Assembly (NCBI GenBank): GCA_000320545.1
Contig: ADNK01003270.1
Coordinates: 1-64,000 of the forward strand
Origin: Bigelowiella natans CCMP2755
Lineage: Eukaryota > Protista > Cercozoa
Length of the DNA: 64,000 bases
Direction: 5' to 3'
The notes below the pieces were generated by a model. The model was not told the origin of the DNA. It ran no database searches and was given only the letters and a program-made list of their open reading frames with translations. Position numbers and translations under genes: made by a program. This document shows positions 23,501 to 39,312 of this stretch, one piece after another. Position 1 is the stretch's first letter. Every line of letters begins with the position of its first letter.

Positions 23501-25529
23501 CCCTACCTACGCTAGGACTGCAGCTGCTTTTACTACTGCTTACCGGAAGGAGAACTCTGTAGGCCTCAGCTTCGCTAAGGTGTGGGCCAAGGCTGGCCTT
23601 GATGCCCACTTCGATAACCTAATAAAGTTATGCAGCAACACCCTATTGAATGCTAAGCTAGACACTACTAGACCAGCTACCCTATGGACAGACTGGTCTA
23701 AGCTAGGTATGGCTGCTGTACTTACCCAAGACCAGCAGATCATACGGGTGTGGGGCAGGGCCTGCACAGCAGCTGAGGCCAAGTACAGCCCTACAAAAGG
23801 AGAGTATAAAGCCATGACTGAGGCGCAGAGGAAACTAAGATACTACCTGCTGTCGGTGCCCAGCTTCACCTTAATGACTGACCACAAGCCCCTCCTAGGC
23901 ATCGACCGCAAGCTCGAAGCGCCTAACGATGAGTATGCAGCTATGAGGGCGGACACGGAAGAGTTTAGGGACAAGAGGACAGTGGTCTACGCACCAGGAG
24001 ACAAGCAGCTTGCTGACTATTTCAGCAGGCTGTTCGAAAAGAAAGTCCCTACCCAGGTCACCCCTATGGTTAACGCGATTACCTTCGAGGACGGCGACTT
24101 CCTGCCTGAGCCAGAGGAGCTCCAGCACCTTCAAGAACACCTGGATAAATACAAACACAAGCATGAGGTACTTAGTGATAGGATATATGTATACACTAAT
24201 AATGTTAGGCGTACCTACGTGCCACGGCGGACCAGGGGAGCCCTTCTCTTTACCGCCCATGGACCTGCACACGTAGGAGAAAACCATATCACTGCTCTAC
24301 TCTACCATTACTACTGGCCCTACAAGCTAAAAGAGATAAGGACATACCTGCGTGGCTGCAGGTGCTCCAGCTTGAAGGCGGCAGGCGTCGCCACCAAGGA
24401 GTCCAGCAAGAGCCGTGCATCTAAGAAAATCAAAGCAAGGAACTTCTTAGATATCGTGCAAATTGATGTTTATAAGTACGATGGCTATCACTACCTTACC
24501 TTCGTTGATGTGGCCACTGGAAAGTGCTGGGTTAAAAAGATTATCAAGGTCAACGTTGCTAAGAAGAACAAAGGCTTATATAAGCAGAGGCTTACTAACT
24601 GCTACCGTACCTGGGAGTCTGAGCTCCAGGCTATCCCTGATGAAGTTAGCATAAACAAGATACCAAAGAAGTTACATGTGGATAATGAGACCTCTCTTCT
24701 ACAGCTACCACACCCTAATATTGATGCCTCACCTGTATACTATGCCCAGTCCAACTCCAAGGTAGAGCGACTCCACCGCACCTTGGCCAACCTAAGCAGG
24801 ATAAATAGCACCACACCAGACAAGATACAAGGGTTAGTAAACGACACCTTCACGTCTGGGGGAGGTATCAAGGATAAGGAGAGGGAAGAAGGCGACGACA
24901 ACGACGACGATACCGAGAGCGAAGACGAGAAGGTCCCGTACGATGGCCGAGTTCTAAAGGAAGGACAGTATGTTAGGGCCAAGGTAAATCTGAGATCGAG
25001 AAATAAACAAGACCCCTTCTGGGGTGGCGTTGCAAAGGTTACCGAGAGGAAGGGGAGGAAGCAGTACTACATCTATGATGGGAACAGGGTCACCTTGCGC
25101 CACATCAGTCACCTAAAGAATTATGATATCGGTGAGAAGCTCCTAGAGGATGTTAAAGTAAACCCTACTGTGTGGGAGCGAGCAATGCCTTGTTTAGGAC
25201 CCCGACCTAAGTTCGATGTGGAATATGGAAACAATAAGGTCAGGGTGAACGACGATTGGCGCATGAAGATTGTCTATCTAGGCTACCCTGGATTACGAAA
25301 TATGGAGAGGGTAGCTATGAAAATAAAGGACGGAAAATATCAGCTACTCTACCTAGCTGTTCCCGACTTACCCTTTGAGCACTGGTATAAGGTCCTGGGG
25401 GACCTTGATGCAGAGGGCTGGTATGGACACGAACCTAAGGACGAAGGTGAGTTCTGGGTAAGCGACAAAGGAGATAAGGTTAGAGAGGAATCTATTACCT
25501 GGTGGTTGGTGAAGTTCCGAAAGCGATGA
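20556..25529 (+). CDS. Gag-Pol polyprotein (1657 aa) with C-terminal adenine-methyltransferase-like extension
   Basis: Zinc knuckle CGYCSRKGKHTAKDC (CX2CX5HX4C), protease ALWDSGS, RT (SLDKNESYMQ, FPYGL, YVDD), RNase H (WTDWS, YSPTKGE, TDHKPL, LADYFSR), integrase HHCC plus IVQID/LHVDNE/SNSKVER, an SH3-like module KQDPFWGG, then about 130 extra aa. Confidence 0.97.
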   Translation: MSQQLEEQQDFGSQAVQGHEQKQERKGDTDAKEGGGTPPQAPPGPAPGIKKADAAAEALENFYEADDEDVAAESKKVVMALRALRPRASNYAKLKVSIEYKYQTHDVWAAIMQDIMDYEADLPPEWAALFRNDGGLGASRGTTQSTVKQQQPVQRNTQFMSVKTAPVMITKYNGKRGEARRWWKNARSILCDFTPNPTENDKLKWLAIIKQAMDLYETGRTRIRQLEKIHTTVSGLRDVEAIMKAFVNEQDANSLPQAIRKYRAMMQHEREPVRDFATRFQDMIDELHDFNYNTGDDQARFEEFKLKIKESTYVTEKGYTTMEAAVQAISLREQEQDRKFTSPKVPGIGNINAIKPQRDWYKDREGNRRCGYCSRKGKHTAKDCRDRKEGRPRMTIRQLNEHYEKLKRKKGRGQGYNNSKWQGSNNGKNNKYKNKKQNSINAIQQQINGILDHLKQAPTKTAVPATQDQDKPMTLDDIKNLGVCNINDEDANRTIKVAMTKVKVKDSYGDYKKLPALWDSGSMPKSFISLSTVRRLGLLDQVTKKERKYAQADGSSSMKTVGELMLKLQIPGSDAETQIKTRVAMTLSMELLLGQDALEKLGGIISFYNHKIYFAKLPKKSGRTISQNMIRLDEWTSESSVNALEFMDLADNKLPTPTELRKKNPGKTIRQITELLDKTPPADDWDIDKGKKYINKILNEKYSDITKPTTKPSSKLTPVKIELKKGYEECIINDPEHRRPEADWEKIEWQINEWAKEGKIEPSNSPWNVRHVLAKKPTYPFFRLAHNFIRHNRVIKRIQTPTPRIDDVIEHVIGYKYYSSLDKNESYMQTPIHKTSRPITAFSSRHRKWHFVVFPYGLSISGDAFSSQNYRAYTHDGMASVLWVFVFVYVDDDIICTNTVVAQIFLLENIFIRFAHFGFTIRLQKCTFLATRIKWCGYYLEQGRITPNPEKVAALQQAPKPKNAKELKSFLQTAAWILRRFSPTYARTAAAFTTAYRKENSVGLSFAKVWAKAGLDAHFDNLIKLCSNTLLNAKLDTTRPATLWTDWSKLGMAAVLTQDQQIIRVWGRACTAAEAKYSPTKGEYKAMTEAQRKLRYYLLSVPSFTLMTDHKPLLGIDRKLEAPNDEYAAMRADTEEFRDKRTVVYAPGDKQLADYFSRLFEKKVPTQVTPMVNAITFEDGDFLPEPEELQHLQEHLDKYKHKHEVLSDRIYVYTNNVRRTYVPRRTRGALLFTAHGPAHVGENHITALLYHYYWPYKLKEIRTYLRGCRCSSLKAAGVATKESSKSRASKKIKARNFLDIVQIDVYKYDGYHYLTFVDVATGKCWVKKIIKVNVAKKNKGLYKQRLTNCYRTWESELQAIPDEVSINKIPKKLHVDNETSLLQLPHPNIDASPVYYAQSNSKVERLHRTLANLSRINSTTPDKIQGLVNDTFTSGGGIKDKEREEGDDNDDDTESEDEKVPYDGRVLKEGQYVRAKVNLRSRNKQDPFWGGVAKVTERKGRKQYYIYDGNRVTLRHISHLKNYDIGEKLLEDVKVNPTVWERAMPCLGPRPKFDVEYGNNKVRVNDDWRMKIVYLGYPGLRNMERVAMKIKDGKYQLLYLAVPDLPFEHWYKVLGDLDAEGWYGHEPKDEGEFWVSDKGDKVREESITWWLVKFRKR

Positions 25530-25572
25530 AGGTCTAAGGGAATAAGGAAGGAAGGAAGGAGCAACGTGACTT

Positions 25573-25580
25573 GGGGGAGG
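25573..25580 (+). promoter_or_regulatory. Polypurine tract
   Basis: GGGGGAGG immediately before the 3' LTR. Confidence 0.85.
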
Positions 25581-25906
25581 TGTAGCGCGTACCACTACGC
25601 GGGCACAAGTCACGTGCGACAACAAAGGGGTTGTCGCGGATATAGAATATAGATAACGTAGATATTAATACAGCATAGGCACGTGGGTTCCGGCGGGACT
25701 CATGGCAGCACACCGGAAGTGTGCTGCCCCACGTGCGGCGGCATTCGCGAAAGCTTCGCGAATGATTACGCAGTGCACGATTTAATAAAAATATAATCTT
25801 TAATAAAAATAAACACAACTCTTCAAAAGGAAGCAAACGTGCCTTTCCCCCCCCCTGCCTACTTGTGCACGTAGCGCCTCGGCCTGTGAACACCTTACGC
25901 GCAACA
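25581..25906 (+). repeat. 3' LTR
   Basis: Identical by eye to 20191-20516. Confidence 0.97.
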
Positions 25907-26008
25907 GCCAGTCAGGACCAGAGGAGGGTTGATGACATCTTCACGATTTTCCGTTTTTTGCCACGGAAACCGTGTCCACCAAAACAACAAACCCCAGCAC
26001 GATTGCGA

Positions 26009-26069
<61 letters not shown>

Positions 26070-26246
26070 CATGACCCGCCCACATGCAGATCGATGTCAC
26101 ACAATTTCATCGACGATCACTGGTGATTTCTTCATGACGACTGCCTGTCTTGTCAATTGATGCATGCAAAGTCCTCGAGTTTTGGGAGCTCTCAAGAGAC
26201 TCTCTCATTGTTTTCGTTCAGGAAAAAGATGAGTTGGTGCTGCCGA

Positions 26247-28188
26247 ATGGAAATTGACAAAAATCCTGAGGATTTAGCAAGATTTCTGTTTGAATTAAAA
26301 AGTCGGCGACAGTACCTGCACACTGCATACTTGGAACTTGGGGGGGGGAAGGTTGTGTTTCAAGGATCAAGTTGTTTTGTCCACAATGACTCTATGTTTC
26401 ACTGTTCAACACCGAACACTGAACGTGTTCTCGTTGTTGCTAAGATGTTCACGTTTTGAAGGAGCGCATGGATAAGTACCATCAAGTTAACAACAAAAGG
26501 AACGAAATCCAGAGTGCAATATACGAGTCAGTCTAGCAACAGTCACAGTCACATCAGTTTATAACCGGATTCTGAAGCGCGTTGTTTATGTTGCGCAGAT
26601 CAAAGTCAAACGGAATCAACAATGGAAGCGACTGCCTGATTGCCGCCGGACAAATTCAAGAGAAGAGGATGGAACGTGGTTTCCATGAAGACAATGACAA
26701 TAACAACCATGAAGGTTCTATAGAGTCTAATCTTCGCCGAAATTGGAAACCAGGGGATGTCGTTGAGGTGTATTCTGATATTCGATTGAGCTGGTACCCA
26801 ACTCAAATAAGGCAAATTATTCCTAGCAAGGTGCAATTGCGGTAGATTCTATGTATAGTGCTAAAATCAACTGTTCCACCAGAAGTCAAGAAGCAAAAGT
26901 GGGCGAAGGACAATGAAAGAAGACGATATTATTGTGACCAAGTCGAAGTCTGTTCGTAGGGGCGATCACTATTCAATCCGGCTAGCCTCTGGTCAGTCCT
27001 CTTTTCAACTATGAGCTAGGTAAATGCCTAACCACCGTTGCTGACACAACACATCTCAGAAGCGAGTAAGGCAAAATACTGGGCTAAGAAAAACAGCGGC
27101 AAAAAGAGTAAAAATAAAAGGCGAGGTGGTTCGAACAGCAATGGCAATGCTCGTGCTCACAATGAAAAACCACCTCTCAGAATCACAGTGTTGGGAGAAT
27201 CAGGCACAATCATCAGAAATCATCCCGAGATTTCACCTATGAGAAATGACTTGTATCAGACTCATTGTGATACAATACGAATTGCAAGTGGGTCCAATAA
27301 CAATGACGCTTTTGAAGTGACTCAGCCGCCCCCTGAAGAATGGAAAAAGGGCCAATACGTATTATATCAATCCAGCGATACTGGAAAGTGGCACCATGCA
27401 CGTTTTATGGGTGTAAACTCACTTGGGAACGTGGATTTAGATCTTTGCGAGAACGTTCAAAGATCACAAATATGCGTGTATGAACCACGTGTAACCGTTG
27501 CAGAGCAAATAAGGGTATCGCATGAAAGATTATTAAATGCTTACATATATTTACAAATTGCTATTATAGGCTCAAATACAAGCACTTTCAGAGTCATGTA
27601 TCAGAATGAAAGAATCAAATCAACGCACCAAAACATGGATTCGGACCAGGAACTCCCGCTACTCTAAGTATGTTTTTCAATATAGAGATGCAGTGTAATT
27701 CGTAATTCAGCTCAATATTTAGGATTATTCAAAATTTGCAATCTAAAGTGAAAAGAATCAGTTCCGAAAATGAAAAGCTGGAGAGAAAACGATCGCCACT
27801 GTCTCAAAATGGAATGACTGACCATTTTGAAGAGCGAAAGCGGGATTTAAAGAATTCATCGCACGCAAGGAATATGGTGAAACGAGTTCGTGCTGGGACT
27901 TCACGCTCTCGAAGGCGCCATGAGAAATCAAACTGGATGTGGATTATTGGTGTTGCTGCTGGAGCTGCATCAGCAATGTGCATCGTTTCGTTTTTGCTTC
28001 CACAGCCACAGCTAGAAATTGCACAAAATCAGAGTCCACACGCCTCGCCTCAGATCCAACGCAATTCCGTTATGGTGGGACATCAGGCGTTGAGCCCCGT
28101 GGTTGTCCTTCCTCAGAGCTTGAGAGCGGTACCAGTTGAAGTTCTTTGGGCAATTGCGAAACCCTCGTTGTTGTCATGGAAGCGTTAA
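26247..28188 (+). CDS. Hypothetical protein with two Tudor/Agenet-like modules, a coiled coil and a C-terminal hydrophobic segment (multi-exon)
   Basis: WKPGDVVEVYSDIRLSWYPTQIRQI and WKKGQYVLYQSSDTGKWHHARFMGV fit the Agenet/Tudor pattern. TM-like segment WMWIIGVAAGAASAMCIVSFLL. Mostly short GT-AG introns. Confidence 0.6.
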
Positions 28189-28463
28189 TGCATGCATGGC
28201 TTCGGCGGTAGCTTAATAAAATATAACGAGAACTTTATATATGCCTTTGCTCGTAGGACATGGCACACATGACACACATGCGCTCTAGCACGCATCTCTA
28301 GATCTGCTACTGCACTTCAATCACATCTAAACATGCGGGCGGTGTTTGAATTAATTCGCGTTGTTGAGCCAATCATTCGTGTTCAATGCATCACATGGCT
28401 AGACGATCTAGTTCTAGAGTTGTGTAGACATGCAAGCATGCATACGTAGATGAAAATCTAAAT

Positions 28464-28491
28464 CTAGCTAGCTAGCTAGCTAGCTAGCTAG
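28464..28491. repeat. (CTAG)7 tandem palindromic microsatellite
   Basis: CTAG repeated 7 times in the intergenic region between convergent genes. Confidence 0.95.
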
Positions 28492-28767
28492 GTATCGCCT
28501 CGGGATGCCAGCACCATAAAATTTGATGGGCACTAGAGGCAGTGTGTGATGAAATAACTTATGATTTGCTAGATTTGCCTTTGCATTGCTAATTTATAAG
28601 CCTAATTTCATGCTAGCATGCTTCAAACTACTAAACTGTTGACTAACACCTACACGTGCATCACTTACTAAAATACAGAGCCTATCTCAAAATTAAAACG
28701 TGAGTTCTTATAGCAAGTATATCATGACATCGTCAATGCCCCAGCTGGCTATACAGGGATCTCCTAC

Positions 28768-31031
28768 TCACATCACAAACATCCAAACATTACTACTCAA
28801 TGTTTGCGTCAATCTGATTGAAACTATGGACATGCCTTGAGGGAGAGAAGATCCAAATTCGAGTGTGATGACTTCTTGTCCTTTGTAATGAGGCGTCGTT
28901 ACCTATTTGGAAGGGAAAAGAAGACGATTATGGTATTATACAAACCCGACGCAGCTCAAAGATTTGATAAGCAGGGCGAGGAAAACACCTAGGGGACTTA
29001 TAACTAATCCATAAATTACTCTACGTACATAAACAACGTAGAACTCTCAGTGACAGTTGTATTCTAAGTAAGATCACTCGAAGGGGATGATGATCATCGT
29101 CATCTCCAGGGATTGGGACGTGAGGGCTACTACTACTACTACTACTACTACTACCCTGAACTCCTGTGAAAGCGTGTCAGCATATCTCTCATCCCCGCAC
29201 ACATTTATTCCCTTGCACATGCCCGAAAATACCTGATAAATGTCACGCAATGGTACCACGTCAAAAGCAGAAACAGAAGAAGCAGTAGAAGCAAATTTCG
29301 CAGATAGGTTGCGGTGCCTCTTAGCCCAATATTATTGCTATTGAATACATGGCGTTGAGTGCATCAGCACGTATTTATTCCAAGGCTGTGGCTAGTGTCT
29401 AATGGATGATGGTGTGTTTTAGAACAACGCACCTTCTCGCAGTGCTTATGCTGATGAATCCATACGGTTTGGCCGTTGACCTTGAGATACATGTACTCGC
29501 CTTTCCACCGATCGAAGAAGTGTACTCTACCTCTGTGTGTTCAAAAGAATGTGTCAGTGGTAGTAGTTAAAGAGGGCGGGAGGGGGTGGTGTCCCAATGC
29601 TACTACAAAATGATAAACTGCAGTGTTGGGTCGAATAAAAAAAAGAATCGTTCTGAGTAACGTGAGGTTGTTCGCTGAATAGAAGAGGTGAGGTCTCGCA
29701 ATCTCACGTGATCGTAATGAGCTTGCTCGGGGGAAGATTCGTTAGAGAATATCGAGCAATCTGGCCACCGCCTAAAGCGCAATACCCTCCTAGGAACATA
29801 TCCAGATTCCCTGTCCCACAACTCTGTAGTGTTAGTAGTAGTAGTAGTAGTAGAAGAAGAAGAAGAAGAAGAAGAAGAAGAAGAAGAAAATAATGATGAT
29901 GGAGAAGATAAGAATCTCATTAGTAGAGCATGGCAAAGACAATGATACTGAAGACATTGCTATCGACATCTATCGAATGCATTCCTTGAGTGACCTGTCT
30001 TGTATCTGAAGATGATGATGATGAACCTCCTGCCCCCTTATGTTTCTGCGTCGAGGAGTCTTGATTCTGCTTGTGCTTGTTGCTGGCGTCCGCCACGATC
30101 TTTGTGTTGATAGAAAAGTTAACAAACAAAGGCGGGTGGGGGAGGAGGGCATGGGCGATAGGGAAGAGATATTTATCGATGACCAGAACGCGTATCCAGA
30201 GATAAAATGCGGTGAGGTGCCATCAACACGAAGAAGATGGTGGTAGCGAATACAGCGTGATGATGATGTGGTAAGAGCAACAACCTTCCATCCGCCAGAT
30301 GACTTTTGGAAATCAAAGTGCTTCCACAGAGATGGCTGTCGCACGCCATCGACGACGACGCGGTTTAAGCTCGAAGCAACCGCCTAAATGAAACGAAAGC
30401 AGTGGCAGCAGTTTGTTGTTGAGGGAGGGCATCAGATGTGAGGAGAACTGCCCAGCTAATGCTCACATCGACAACGGTGACGATTCTGGTGATGGTTATG
30501 ATGATGGTGATGATGACAATGGCGATGACACTAACACATTCTGCTATTATCGGCCTAACACCATTATTACCGTGTTTGCTGTTACATCGAGGACCGTCAG
30601 CGACACAGAAGACGACGATTTTGGCTTCTTTCTTCCTGTTTCTACTTTAGTCGATGTGATCTTGGAGGTAGCAGTTCTCGAAGGCCTGTCATCATTGAAA
30701 CCAATAGGGTTGAACGAAGAAGAGAAAGCTCTATGGGTAAACGAAAATCCAAGGCTCGGTGGGTGTTTCACGTGCGTCTCATGTGTTGCTGCCTCACATT
30801 GAAGTGTCCTCGCTGACACGCTCCCTCATCAGGTTTTGATTTGCGGTTGAATCCATAGCGACGAAGCTTTCGAATGACACAAACCTATTTTGAAAGGTTG
30901 TGCGTGTGTGTGTTACATAGGCATCAATTTCGAAACAGTTGCGATAGATTTATTCATGTCACCTCTCTCTAAGCAGCTACGTTTTATGAGACGGATACTG
31001 CTGCCCCCACTCCCCCCATTTCCCAATATCA

Positions 31032-31064
<33 letters not shown>

Positions 31065-32140
31065 ATGATTCCTCCCAATTCATTAATATCATTAAGAATA
31101 TATGTCTAGTAATCATATCAGCGACCCGTCATCTCCATTTCTGTGAACGATTTGCTCTTCGTCGTCAACTCCGGTCGTGTGCCGGGATGATCGGTCTTTG
31201 CGGGGCGGGGGTTGGTGATATGCGTCGTGTCCGTACCCTGTCGAGCAGATAGAAAATTATGTAAGTCCAGAAGCATTGCCATCAAAGTCTGCACGATGAT
31301 GCGCTGTCACGATGGATGAGCGGCGGGATGAGACCGCGCGAGTCTATCGTTTAGCGGCCTCTCTTTTAATGCTACTTGTGCAAGTTAATTTAGCTACAAC
31401 CCTGCTGACGCCTGTTGGATGAAGAATAGCGGGGATCCTGGGGATAGCGACCGTTGTTACGATGGTGGCGGCCATTGTTGCCGACATAGCTATGGTAGGC
31501 GTGGTTGTTTGCTTTGTAGTGGCCATCGTCCATCAACCCGATGTCTGTTCCTGCAGCTCCACCGCTATGACTAGGCGAATGGTGATCCTGTTAATAACGA
31601 ATAAATGAGCTACGATGCATGATTTATCGACATGGATTTCAACAATGGATGTGAGGCGATCTACATATGTTGCTCATTCCATTCTAATCGCTATCATCAA
31701 CAACATTAATATTACAGCTATTATCATTTCTGTCATCCCCCTCATATCATCCTCTGGATCAGCAACATGCCAACCCCACCACCTTAAATTGGAGCAGGGT
31801 TGTGTGATTATATGTCAGTGAGAAGGATCCTCTTCGGTTATTGATCAGGGAGTAACATGATCCTGATCACACATCAGTAACTTCATCTTAGTTTCTTCAT
31901 GGTTGTATGGATGAAGGCGATGATGATGATTCAACCCATGCTATTTGAGAAATCAAGCCTTGCTCTATCCTTTTGCCCTCCAATGGTAAATACCAGCGCG
32001 TTGTCTAAATCGACGTTGGTTTTTTGTGGCGAATCAGCTCCTCGCTGATGCTGAGTTGTGACTTCAGATGTAGTAGATATTTGAACGTGAAGGAAAAGGC
32101 CAAGACCAATGGACATCCATGATCTATGCATCGTCTTCAT
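28768..32140 (-). CDS. Hypothetical multi-exon protein, possible F-box-like region (boundaries approximate)
   Basis: Coding-like exons flanked by GT-AG, e.g. AVASSLNRVVVDGVRQPSLWKHFDF (resembles the end of an F-box) and final exon VTTPHYKGQEVITLEFGSSLPQG...VWMFVM*. Confidence 0.4.
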
Positions 32141-32661
32141 CTCCTTTACGATATCGTATTTCGTTCTAGAAGGAACTCAAGTTGAGGGCTGGCATGGGAT
32201 TGCGTCCTTGAAGGGTTTGTCCAGTTAGGCAAGGCTCACCAGCAACAGGAAACCATTTTCGAAAATTCAAATGTTTACCGTGAAAAACTAGAAAAATCGG
32301 TCCGCTTTGATTGTCGCAGAGGATAAATCCAGTGCAAATTCATGTAACACGGGTCAACAAGCATATCGCAGGGGAAAACGCCAAGCCGAATCTTCCATTT
32401 CCTCTTACGACTCGACGATGGATGTCATGACGTCCAACCGAACGGGGATTTTTCCTTTTAAAGCTGTGATTTAGATAAAAATCGATGCGATCTAGCATCT
32501 AAGACATGGTAGTTTCTGTTCCAATCATTGCTGAAGGAATTCGTGGTAATTTGGAGTCTGAGACATGTAATTTGGTGCATTTCCCTCGAGAATTGCTCCA
32601 AAGTCGACGTGAGCTCGCAACCACATACCCCCCCGGAGTATTGTGTCGAACGTTCAGCAGA

Positions 32662-36928
<4,267 letters not shown>

Positions 36929-37607
36929 TAATAGCGCAATAACACATTAAATGGGCATTGAACATGTATTTCTCGGTGCGACTGCGAAGATGCTTACTAT
37001 GGATTTGCGCGTCTTATTTAAACGTTTATGAATTGAAATAGCTTCACCGTATCGACCGAATACAAGATGTTTTACCATGCTGCACGCGTCTTGCCAGCTT
37101 TATGATTGCTGGTGACTATAGAATTGCACTAGACGTATTGTATTGTTATGTCCCAAATTGCAATAAGCAGTATGCGCTGTGAGTAAGTGCCGTGATGTGT
37201 CAGTTTCGGACTACATATATTAAACATTATTCTATGACTGCCACTGTTATCGGTATGCAATGCAATGATGTCGCATTCTCTATCATGTGATTACGAGTGC
37301 AATTATATGTAATTGCTGCTTGCATCGACACTGCGTTACATGCTGTACGTATGCCACACGTGTTGATTTCGGTACTGTTCAAGCAGCTCAAGCATTCGAG
37401 CATTGTGTAATGAAGGCGGAAGTTTTCTTGCATGTGTAATGCTTGCCTCACGTTGAGCTTGATGCAGGATTAGAGGAGCGCATCATTGCTGCAACTGCAA
37501 GATAAGGCGGCTATGTTGATCGATACGTACATACGATAGTCTATGCGTCCAGCAACAAATACTATTTGCTTGCACGTACTACATTGATAAAACATGAAGG
37601 CGTGTGC

Positions 37608-38045
37608 TCACGAGATCATTGCCAAAACGCTAGGAACAATCGCATCACTAGTTTTGGATGCTAACGCTCCGAAGAAATTCGCACGATGAGCACTTGCAGG
37701 AGCGCCATCTTTGTTGCCATCATCACGTGTAGGACCATCTTCACCCTTATTCGATTGGCGTGGAGGTGACGATCCGCATGGTGCGAACATCCTCGTGAAA
37801 CCTGGGTAATCGAGGCATTGAATCGAAAGACATTCGTTCATTCCCATTTTTTTAAAGAAAATTCCTCCTTGTAGAGAATGCTAATGAGGTCTACAATCAC
37901 CAACCTGGAGGATTCTTCGATTCTATCCCGATTTTTTCGTCGTCAGGTGCAATCTGACGAAATAGAGGTCATTTACATCATCGGTACCATTTTTATTACT
38001 TTTAATATTTAATTTCTATTAGCATTATGAGAGGTAGATCATGGA

Positions 38046-38078
<33 letters not shown>

Positions 38079-38229
38079 TGCCGTGCGTGGTGTGCTAGCA
38101 GCAATCAATGATCGCCAGCGAGTCAAACTGGCAAATGACGACGGGACTCAACTTCGATGTCGCTTGATCTACTGTCAGCATCAATAGCTAACGACTACGA
38201 CTACGACTACCGCTGTGCAAGTATGAGAT

Positions 38230-38264
<35 letters not shown>

Positions 38265-39271
38265 GTTGTGTTGGTGATAGCATGCAAAAAGCACGCACAC
38301 ACGTGCACTTTGCTGCTACTGCCGTTTGATGAGATCGCCACACTACTACTACTACCACTACTACTACTACTACTCAGAAGGATTGCGCATACTACACCTC
38401 TTCCGCAACATAAATCACTTTCCAGCCCATATTTGAACGACAAGCAACAACATCCCCTGCTCACACCATTTAGAAGTAGTATCATTTTATCATCCACATC
38501 CATAATCATCGGTTACGTGCGGATTGCACGCCATTGCCCGCACAGCTTTCCATTTCCTTCGTCTTATTATGTATCTGCTCACGTCACCGGCACTTCATGA
38601 CTAGAGACGATCGGTTTTTGGCCATTTGTGCGGGTCATCATACAGCGACGAATCTCTCTCTTCTTCAGGCTCATAATCAACATGTACACGAGTAATAATA
38701 CCGTTAAGATGGTCGCCGACGTAGCAAATACTGCTGCTGTTGGGAGATATTCCATTAGAACCTGCGGTATCTTTGGACTCTCTACCAGCTTCTTCTACCC
38801 CCTTACCTTCCTCCTCCTCCCCCTCCCTCTTCTTTTCCTCAGCCCTCGTAGCGCTTGCCGCTTTGAAGAGCTCTTCCAGCACGTGCGCATTTCCTCCAAT
38901 GTATTCACCACCACCATTACTGCTGCTGCTATCTCCATGACTCGATGGTTGTCGCCCCGATGTTCTCCCCCCTCTCAGCCGCGGAGGTTCAGCGAGCTCT
39001 TTCGCGCTCTTGTGACAGTTAGAAGGGTCTATCTGGGGAGGAAGGGGAGGGAATTATAGAGGCATTATAGAGGCATCATGCGTTCTTGACCATCGATCGG
39101 TAGCGATAATGTTATAATGGTGGTGGTGGTGGTGGTGGTGATGATGATGATGGTGATGATGGCGTTGATGGTGGTCAGCTAGTTGCGGATCACACATAGG
39201 ATCACACATAGCATACGCTTCACGACGGATGGATGTATCTTCGTAAGCAATGCAAATTTAAAACGAAGTTT

Positions 39272-39312
<41 letters not shown>

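Larger units (their letters stand above)
20191..25906 (+). mobile_element. Intact Ty3/Gypsy-type LTR retrotransposon
   Basis: 326-bp LTRs (20191-20516, 25581-25906) with TG...CA ends, identical by eye. 4-bp TSD GCCA (20187-20190 / 25907-25910). TGG-initiated PBS-like site at 20522 and PPT at 25573-25580. Single ORF in PR-RT-RH-IN order. Confidence 0.98.

Noticed and set aside
25140-25529. Chromodomain or env at the polyprotein C-terminus
   Set aside because: No chromodomain pattern (Y.VE.I....YLVKW.G) in the right arrangement and no TM or signal segments. The terminal WWLVKF is too short and sits at the very end.
38458-38701. Coding-looking read-through (..SSLYDDPHKWPKTDRL*) in the 5'-nucleotidase gene
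   Set aside because: Motif IV continues correctly only if this segment is spliced out (G|gt...ag|GG GAT), so it is treated as an intron.
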